DNA of 60,500 nucleotides, the filler included, from Sphacelaria rigidula (Eukaryota): the NCBI GenBank assembly GCA_964200075.2. It is 8 parts of 8 records of this genome, joined end to end, with 100 filler letters (N's around TTAATTAATTAA, not from the genome) between each part and the next. Parts side by side here need not be neighbours in the genome. Positions count along the whole stretch, not along the records: positions 45,452 to 52,926 come from CAXNAA020014757.1; positions 53,027 to 60,500 come from CAXNAA020014758.1; 6 more parts are not named here. One strand, 5' to 3'. Position numbers and translations under genes: made by a program. This document shows positions 52,246 to 60,500 of the stretch, piece by piece (position 1 is the stretch's first letter; every line of letters begins with the position of its first letter). The notes under the pieces were generated by a model. It worked only from the letters and a program-made list of their open reading frames with translations. It searched no databases and was not told the origin of the DNA.

Positions 52246-53199
52246 CTGCATCCCGCCGCCCACCCACATGAAAAGGATGGAACATGACGGAAAAGGGCAA
52301 CAACGAGCGAAAAATAAAGGAGCGTGAGGTGGGGGGGAGAATACTAACGTCAAAACCTTTATCCGAAACATGCTTTAGGGATTCCCAAAAAAAGTTCATC
52401 TTGCGACTTTCATACCCTCACCAAATACTTCTGTGAGTTTTGTACGTCATGTATGCCCGTTTCCGGAGCGCGGGAATGCTCTAAAAAAAATACCTGATTG
52501 CCCATCGGTTTTTTTGTAAGCCTGCCATAACGCATCTGACCAGTTTTGTGATTTTTGTAAGACTGTCATACCTGTACCCGATATATCTGCAAGATCTGTA
52601 CGCAACCTCAAACCCTACAGAACATACCCGTACACTGCAGAACGCAGCAATGAAATCTAAGATTTTTTAGGCATGATTGCTCTAAATCACATGTCGTACA
52701 GACCATGATCCGTCTCGAAGTTACTTCGTTCTCAGTACACTGATCCGGATGATTTGACCCGCCCCATTCTTCATGTTTGCTCCTCAAAACGCCGGACGCC
52801 GAGCACGCCAAGTAGAGCGAAGGTTACGATTTGACTTCCCTGACTCCGCGGTCACTGATTCTGGAGTTTTTTTTTTCATTTGTTGTTTCAGACAGATCCA
52901 TGAATTGTCCGACGTGAAATCTAAATNNNNNNNNNNNNNNNNNNNNNNNNNNNNNNNNNNNNNNNNNNNNTTAATTAATTAANNNNNNNNNNNNNNNNNN
53001 NNNNNNNNNNNNNNNNNNNNNNNNNNCTCAGAAAAAAGGACGACTACGAATTCTGAATACTTCTGACGCTGACTACTATACTTTATTCTGCACTGAGCTC
53101 ACCCAGACGTTTAGAACATGCATACTTCACTGCTACTGTCGAAAAATTTTCAGTACACGGGGTGTACGTTGCACCTAAGGCAAAGTTATCCACCGTCGC

Positions 53200-54390
53200 G
53201 CCACGGCCATGAGTGGCTTTGCCAGGTGGCCTGATTGTGACTATGGTGGCGCAGCCATGGGGCGTCGCAAGCGCGCTTGGTGACCGGCACATCGACTCAT
53301 CAAGTAGCCCTCTTCAGCGTGTACTTTGGGTTGGCGCTCTTCTCACTGCATACATCGTGATCTCATCGCTTAGTTGAAGAACGGCTCCGCGAAGTGGATC
53401 GTTTGTTCATCCAAAAGTGCAGCATGTGACTGGATAAACAGCGGCTTCCCAGAGCGGCTCATCTCGCGATGAGTCCTCCACTTTCGCGTATGAATAGCAT
53501 CTCAAACGTGCTTGTTGAATTCGAGCCTTTTTGCAGAGAAGTTGGGAGCTATCAAAATGTGTACAGGCGACTGCGTGTGTGGTTGTACGTCGCAGTGCAG
53601 CCGTTTCGCGAAGAGGCCAATTCCATTTTTTGAAAGATGTGAATCGCATCCCTTCCGAGCTGGTGCCAGTCGGTCCTCAGGGTTCAAGGTTAGAGGATGT
53701 GGATCATTTTTTGGAGGATTAGTTAAGTGATTGTCACACATTCACTGATCCGCAACGAATCCAGTCAAGATCACAAGATACATGTGGCCAAGGGGAATAC
53801 ACGGCAACACTATGAGAGCAATGCCACGGTGGGGGTGCACTTTTTTTTTCTGAGGCTCTTTGCCTTATCCGCCTCTCGATGACAATATCTGGGCCTTAGT
53901 GTGCAGCCCCACAAAACGTTTGTACAATGAAAAGCGCACCCCAACCGTGGCATTACTTATGAAGGAAACTCGAGAAGAGGGGTAATGAGAGAAGGAAACA
54001 TGAGCAACAAGGAGCTTAATGAGGTTTATAAACTGACACGGACGCTGGACTGGGAGTCATGACTCACGCTGCCCAAGCGCGTGTGCCATTTTGCACACGA
54101 ACACATAGACATCCTTCCGAAAAGAGATCGTCCAAGCTAGCTCAAGATTGCGACAACAGCAACAATTTTTCCAGCAGTGTTGAAACCATCGCATCAACCC
54201 CTGCGTCCAGATCCGGGCAAACACGCAAAACAAATAATAATCCTCATCCGGTGGAGGGTGTGTTGCTGCAGTGGCGAGCTGTCGATAGACGGAACTTCCC
54301 CACGCTAGGATAAAAGTGCATAACCGACATGAAAACCTCGGATTGGGGAAAAGCTCGCGCAAGATACCACCAGTGCCAACTTTTTATCAC
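53200..54390 (+). mobile_element. Highly decayed hAT-like transposase remnant
   Basis: LQRVLWVGALLTAY, ISNVLVEFEPFCREVGSYQNV and VLLQWRAVDRRNFPTL resemble successive hAT motifs in the expected order. Confidence 0.35.
53825..53949. mobile_element. 125-bp MITE, CACGG...CCGTG termini, apparent 2-bp TSD GC
   Basis: TIR CACGGT.GGGGTGC.CTTTT on both ends; GC flanks at 53823-24 and 53950-51. Confidence 0.75.
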
Positions 54391-54699
54391 CTGTGACCGC
54401 GTGCATGCTGGCCAATACGCCACTTCGTGCCTTTAACTTCGCATACAAATGCTCACTGTATTCAAAATTTCGACCTCTTGTCGGTGGAAAGGTTAACGTT
54501 TTGACCGTAGGGGTGAGCCACCCATTGAGCCGGCATAATTTTCACCTGAATAGTGACTTTTGGACTCAGATGACCCACCCTGGCGGTCAAGGGCTGAAAG
54601 CAAGGAGGAATCGCCAGCAGAAAGTTGCATGATAAACACACACACATATATACCGTAATACAGAACATAATGGACAAATGTAGAGGCATCGAAGAAGTA

Positions 54700-56400
54700 G
54701 AAAAAACGCAGCCGTATCGCAGGCGGGAACAAAAAAATAAACGTAGGAAGGTGAAAGGGGAGAGGAAGAAGAAAACATAACCAGCGCATGCCCTACCGCA
54801 TAGTCGGCAGTGAATGGGATACGTCCATTCGGTTAGTAGTTTTTTCGCTACGCTTCTTTCGTTCATGTTTCTCCTTTTCTTTTTTCACCAAGAACTTTCT
54901 CCTCGGTCGCCAATATCGCCATGGATTTCACCGCCTTGTCCTCCACCTGGTCGTGGTATTGTATGCTGTTTTGTGCGCTCGTTTCCCCGTCGTGAGAGTC
55001 GATCCCGAATCCCTAAGGTCATTTAAGTCCGCCCGCTAGTCCCCCCGCTTTACTGCCTCTGGGCCTCCCTTCTTCCTGTCCAAGACTGTGCCCGTAACAC
55101 TCTCGGGCCAGCGTTTGACGTCCAAGCCTTCAGCGTGTCCAGCATAAAATGGCCTTCATCTCCGGAATGCCCCGTTGACGCTCCCACACCCCGTCCGCTC
55201 GAGATCTTTCACGCAGGATGGAAAGTTGTGCATGGGCTTTCGGAGTCGTGTGATACACTGCAGTAGGAGTTGGTGGTTTGTCGTGCGCAGCTTCTTGTAG
55301 TTGGTCTGTTTTATTTAGCTCGTATGTTGAGGATCCGTAGAGAAGGACTTCGAGTACTCCGGCTTTCAGAATCCAGACTTTGAGGTCCAGCGCCGCGGCC
55401 AACGTTTCTCTGTCGTACAGATCTCGCACGAACTTTGTGCACTTTCCCAACGCGTGTCCTGTCCGGCGTTTTGATCTCGGGGACCATCTCGGTTACTTCG
55501 TTGATGAATGCCCAAGGTACACGAAGTTCCCTGTTTCGACATACCGTTTTAGCAACCATCCGGTCTCTGCCCTCTTCGACACGGTCAGTCTAAAGGCTTC
55601 GTACGTCCGTACAACGACTGCCATAACTTTGGAAAGCCTCAATAGCTATCGTCAATTTGACACGGCTCACTCGCAGCCTCGACACGAATGCCAGTATCGC
55701 CCCCCTACAGCATAGCCTAGAGCTGTCGCACACGCGCCTCGTGTGAAATTACTACCATGCGATTCGTCACGTGCATGCCCGCACTTGCCCTGATTCTCGC
55801 GCCTGCGGTTCAGTCCTCCCCTGCCTGTCGGATCATCCATCTCCATCTTGATGGAATCTGGGCCTAACTCACGCGTAAACGGCGTTGTCAAGCCTCGCGA
55901 TTGTGTCCGCTGCGCTTTCCGCGACGGGGTTTTAGCCTCGCTGCCCGAGTTGCAGGGGCAGCGCGGGGATTGCCAGTACTCCTCCCCGTCAGCGCCGAGT
56001 GGCGGGCAATCGCTCTGTCGACGTGTGCAACAGGTCTACCGAGGCAGTCTTTCTATGTCGCTACTGTTTTCAGACGGTCGCACGCCTGGAGCACCACGGC
56101 CTCCAGACCGAAAAGTGAGTGACACTTCCCTAGGGTCTTGGAGTATGGCCTGTGCATGCGGTTGTCTTCGACAGACCCTGCAGGATATTCGGAGATGATA
56201 CGCACAAAAGAGGGTGGCGAACTTCTTGTACGGATTTGCCTTGTGAGACATGCTCAAGGTCGAGAAACTTGATCCTACATTTCCCTCGTCGGCATTTCCA
56301 TGAATCTCGAGTTCACCATTTACCATCCAAACGAGACTCACTTGATGCACACTAGCGGACCCGATTCTATTCCGGGTAACTCCGGTCTAAATCACACGAA
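54700..56400 (-). mobile_element. Degenerate RTE-like LINE RT region
   Basis: LYDR...LDLKVWILKAGVLEVLLYG.ST (RTE-type C-terminus); upstream YKKFATL...IL.D...FRSG. Confidence 0.75.
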
Positions 56401-57224
56401 TAAAATCGTGCTTCAACTTCTTTGAGCCAGGGACTCCGTACCTGTCTTGACAACATGAGTATTTGCGAAAATCATAATCGAAAAAAAAAAACGGTGCTGT
56501 GATTGGCCCGCTGCCTTGAAGCGCAGCATAACTGCTTCCGATTCTCCGAGTCCAGGGGAGATTGTAGCACTTGCCTAAAATCGGAACTTTTAACGCGATG
56601 TGTCGAAAGACGGGGTCGAAAGCACTGAACGACAATACAAACGAATATCGATCAGCAGATATGACAGTGTGTATCAAAATGTGTTGAGGTGAAAACGTGT
56701 GTCCATAGCTTCACGGCATGCAGTATCACATCCAGATATCGACAATACAATGCGCACGTACCCACAGGTAATACGACTGCACAAAGATACACGATGCTGC
56801 TGACATCGAGTATTTTGGTTTCGTATTGGGCGAGCTCTGACAACGCTCATTTCTTTCCGCCTCGAAGCGTTCAGCTTCGACACAAATTGTGCTGTGCAGT
56901 TTTCAAAGGCAGTCAACGCATCCTACCTCACTTCTTGACGGATCGAAGTCAAAACAAACACGTCGAACGTGGTTGAGTTGGAGCAATCGTGAGGACTACC
57001 GACCATTGTTTGGGGGGACTGTGCAACTCTCTTGGTCGGCGTTCGAGCCCCTTGGATCGGCTGTGGTTCGCCGACTGGTCGTTATGGGTCCGAGTCTGAT
57101 ACCTCTCAGAAACATTTTCGCTGACGATGCCGAAGTCATGTTGTGTCATGTGTTTGGCACAATTCTAACTCCTGCCCTTCCTCGAGACGAGTCCGTGGTT
57201 TCTAGGGATTAACTCACCTCTTCC

Positions 57225-57320
57225 CCGGTTCACATCGAAGAACGATGCTCCGGGTCGAAAGGTATGCGTGGTCAATGACCAAACGACTGAGGCAAGAATC
57301 AAATGAGTACGCCCCCCCTG
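57225..57320 (+). mobile_element. Short LINE 3'-end copy
   Basis: GCGTGGTCAATG..CAAACGACT.AGGCAAG...ATGAGTACGCCCCC. Confidence 0.65.
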
Positions 57321-58179
57321 CTCCTTCCCCCGCCCCCGCCCCCCCGGTACACCTTGCATCTTGATCTTGCGGACGAGATCAGCTCTCCCGCACCGCGTCG
57401 ACTCTATTCAGATGAACACTTCTTGCTGCTCACATCCTCACGCTTTCAACGACCGAAATCAGTTTCTTTTCAGGAGGAGACCCAATCTGCCGGGAATTAA
57501 AGCCGCTTTCCCCGACCAAACGGGTTTTAGTGGTACCATTAGATCATCAGGGGGCGGCGGCAATCTTAAGGCCCCGTCTGATGAAGACAAATAAAGCGGG
57601 AGTGTAAGTTTGACTTTGAGCATGGCTGTGACTGTTCATGATTTTGATTCTCCTGATTGGTTGAGGGCTGATGCTCTATGCTCAACGCCCTTTCGAAGCG
57701 AGCTCAACACAACTCATGTTGTTGATATTTTTTTTATTATTGAGCACGGGCGGAGAATTTGCTAAGAATGAGAAAGACCACGTAAACCGGATGTCATGCG
57801 TGGGTGTTCGGCTCAACATGGGGCCTCGACTACACACCAGAGGTGCACAGTTATCCGCTGGGCGTACAACACACTGGTCTGTTCGAGTGCTGTCATATGC
57901 CGTCACGTTGTCATGATCATTTTTTCTCTGCCTTCGACAGGAATCGCGGGTGATTTCTCGTGATTGAGAGGTTGTGAACAGTCGCAATCGTCCTCACAAG
58001 CAACCCCCCCCCCCCCATTATTTGTATCGATAAGCCCAGGCCTGAAAATCGAAAGTCAAGCTAGACTTTGACTTCGATGTTTCCCATCAAGCCTCTGACC
58101 CCCAGCCTCGTCACGAAACTGTGTTATCGGCCGACGTCCAGGACCTCAGGGTTTTCAGTGCGGGTACCATTTTGAGCGT

Positions 58180-58640
58180 GGGAGGGGCGTACTCATTCGT
58201 TGCTTGCCTTAGTCGTTTGACCACACATCCCTTTCGAGACGGAGCACCGTTCCTACTCCTAATAGAGACACCTCCAATATTCCGGCGCTCATTACGTTTC
58301 TTCCCTACATTGCACAAAAACCTTCTACATATACATCTTATCCCCGTCCTGTTTCGCCGTCTGTGGCCACCACCTATCTCCTTGAATAGCCGTTGTTTTC
58401 TCGCTAATCTCCATGCATCAAACGATTGCATACCACCTTGGTTCACGCCCCGCATGTCTCTATCTAGCACGTCCCATTCCTCCTTGTACAGGTCACACTC
58501 TTAAACTGTATGCGTTCTGCTCTCCATTGCTTCGCCACAGTTTTGAGCGTGGGGGGGGGGGGGGGGGGGGACCCATTTATTTGTTGCTTGCCTTAGTCGT
58601 TTGACCATTGACCACGCATCCCTTTCGAGACGGAGCAGTG
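58180..58640 (-). mobile_element. Two LINE 3'-end copies (58180-58500, 58560-58640)
   Basis: ORF 58111-58470 FLCNVGKKRNERRNIGGVSIRSRNGAPSRKGCVV; same family as 47575-47840. Confidence 0.7.
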
Positions 58641-59211
58641 GGAGGGGCGGAGATACCCCGATGATCGGAGGAAGCTTCTCAACTCGTTCATCCATGTTTT
58701 GCGGTTTTCGAGGTCGACCAGCAGTCCTGAGGGGAGTAGGGTGGTCATTTTTTACAGTTCTGATTGGTTGAAGTGATCAGTATGTTATGTTCTCCCACCA
58801 ATCGCGCGGTTTGACCCACTTGGCGGTTAGACCAACTCTTATGGAGCCGAAAAAAATGGAGAAGGACGATAGAACCATGCGATATCTTTATCGTCCTGGT
58901 TGGTGATCTCTGGTTCTTGACTTTGATTTTTGTTTGTTTGGCTTCGCTTGTCGAGTGGGATCGATGGGCTCTATCTCTTCTAGGCCGAATGGTCGCCTGT
59001 GGCACTGCCTCTTTCGGGGTTTATCCTTTTTTTGTGGTATCGCGTCTGTGTTGATTCTTCGGGGTCCTGTTCTATTTGCTTATTTGATTTCGTCAGGCAT
59101 TGTTTTGGGTAGTTTAGTCAGCCTGTGACCACGTAAGGTGTCCGTATCAGATAGAGCAGTACGTCTGTTAAAAGGTACGGCACCGAGATCGGCATTGTTC
59201 TCTATGTGAAG

Positions 59212-59248
<37 letters not shown>

Positions 59249-59263
59249 CCACGACAACAACAG
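59212..59263 (+). repeat. (CAA)n microsatellite ending in a CAG acceptor
   Basis: Direct observation. Confidence 0.95.
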
Positions 59264-59721
59264 GTGGGCCCGTCTACACCATGTTCAAAGATCCAAAAGC
59301 GCTAGAGAAACCTTTTCCCCATGGTGAATTCGGACAATTTAAATCAAAATGAAGAAGATATCTCCGAAACGCACATGCTAGAAATAACCCCTCTGCCGTA
59401 TCTCGGTTGTTTTACTCCACACTGCATCATTTGCTTACTTCATTTTGAGCGAAGCAAAGATACGAACCTACTGGGAGAAACATGGCATGCAAGGCATGTG
59501 AGCGCCTGACCACTAATCAACTGGGTACAGGTGGTTTGCTCGATTGGAAAACGTGCAGCTGGGGGAGTAGCACCATATTGCTGTGACTGTGGAAAATTGT
59601 TCGAGAAGGTTGCTACTGACTGTTTCATGTTATTTCTTATTTCTAGTAGACATCAACGCAAAAGATCTTGTTTCTCCATCATTTTGGTACCTCAAAGGCT
59701 CAATCGAAGCAAAGGGCACAG
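59264..59721 (+). CDS. Two candidate small exons of an unknown gene (59264-59323, 59698-59721)
   Basis: Phase 1-1 exons splice to xGPVYTMFKDPKALEKPFPHGSIEAKGT; AG/GT sites present; no family recognised. Confidence 0.4.
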
Positions 59722-60500
59722 GTATGCTCAGGCCCTCTACCGCGGGCTAATATATATCCCGATAGTGAATCTGTAGCTGTCAAAGTTATCGACACAAATG
59801 TGGTGCGGTGCTAGAATACACAGCGCAGAGCGTGACCTGTTCCAATTTGTCACATGTTTGTAATTATGCGTGCGGGCGGCTCTACAGCAGTTTGAAAACA
59901 GTCGAATCTATGAATATGAAGCACACTCGGTTTGCACGTGGATACTCATGTTCAGACCTGTGCTGGATTCAAACTTATGTATTTGCCCTGTTGCCATGAC
60001 CATTGCTTCCGGCTGTTACCCAAACAGCTCTCCCCCCCCTCCTCCCAGCCCCGTGTTGTCGGTGTCGAATTGGTCGAAATATCTAGCAACGCATTAAGAA
60101 CATCGGTATTTTTGCTCGATTTTGTGACCACAAGAGATGATTGTGTGCGACCTGATCGCAGGACTCCAAACCCGCCTTCACAACCACGTAAAGTTACAAT
60201 CCTATTCGTAAAAAAGAAATACGAACGAAATCATGTCAAGCACACGGACGGTCAACTAGCGGCCATCTATGCCTTCGCTACTGTCATTCTCCGAGAATCG
60301 ACGGGACTCTTAAATCCGCTATTTCGCTGCGGATGTTTGAAGGGCTACTTGGGGTCATGTGCTGTTCCAGTGCCTGGGGGGTAGTGTACCCGCATCTTGA
60401 GGAGTCGTACCCGCCAGATGTCAAGAATAACAGCGATAAACAACAAATTGTGAGAATTGAGGTTTAACTTCGAGATGAGGCTCAAGCCTAAAACAGTGCT

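Noticed and set aside
53512-53730. Cys-rich ORF resembling a pre-SET/CXC domain
   Set aside because: No SET motifs follow; another frame fits a decayed hAT-like transposase better.
57474-57603. Possible plus-strand exon GDPICRELKPL...
   Set aside because: Splice phase does not match the next candidate exon and no family is recognised.

Overview
Eukaryotic, repeat-rich, intron-rich DNA, most consistent with a brown alga or other stramenopile (inference from short exons in kb-long introns, CAA-rich acceptors and an ASAF-type targeting motif). The window is not one locus. It is 8 unrelated contigs of 7476/7475x6/7474 bp joined by identical 100-nt artificial linkers (N44-TTAATTAATTAA-N44). Host genes reconstructed by hand-splicing: 3 exons of an endonuclease/exonuclease/phosphatase (EEP) gene (minus), head-to-head with a probable PDZ-like gene (plus), 3 exons of a nucleosome assembly protein (NAP) gene (minus), and a few orphan exons. 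The rest is mostly decayed mobile DNA: Ty1/copia, LINEs, hAT-like remnants, several MITE families with readable TIR/TSD signatures, tRNA-derived palindromes and tandem arrays. Three observations stand out. (1) A 7-exon spliced Sola-like/DUF7869-type DDD transposase (contig 2) whose introns seem to hold the exons of a second, antisense gene. (2) A recurrent AACA...TGTT, 4-bp-TSD foldback/MITE group, including a self-nested element with ~1-kb arms. (3) Small CACGG-ended MITEs with 2-bp TSDs, one of which can be removed in silico to restore the transposase frame. No CRISPR array, rRNA or intact tRNA was found.
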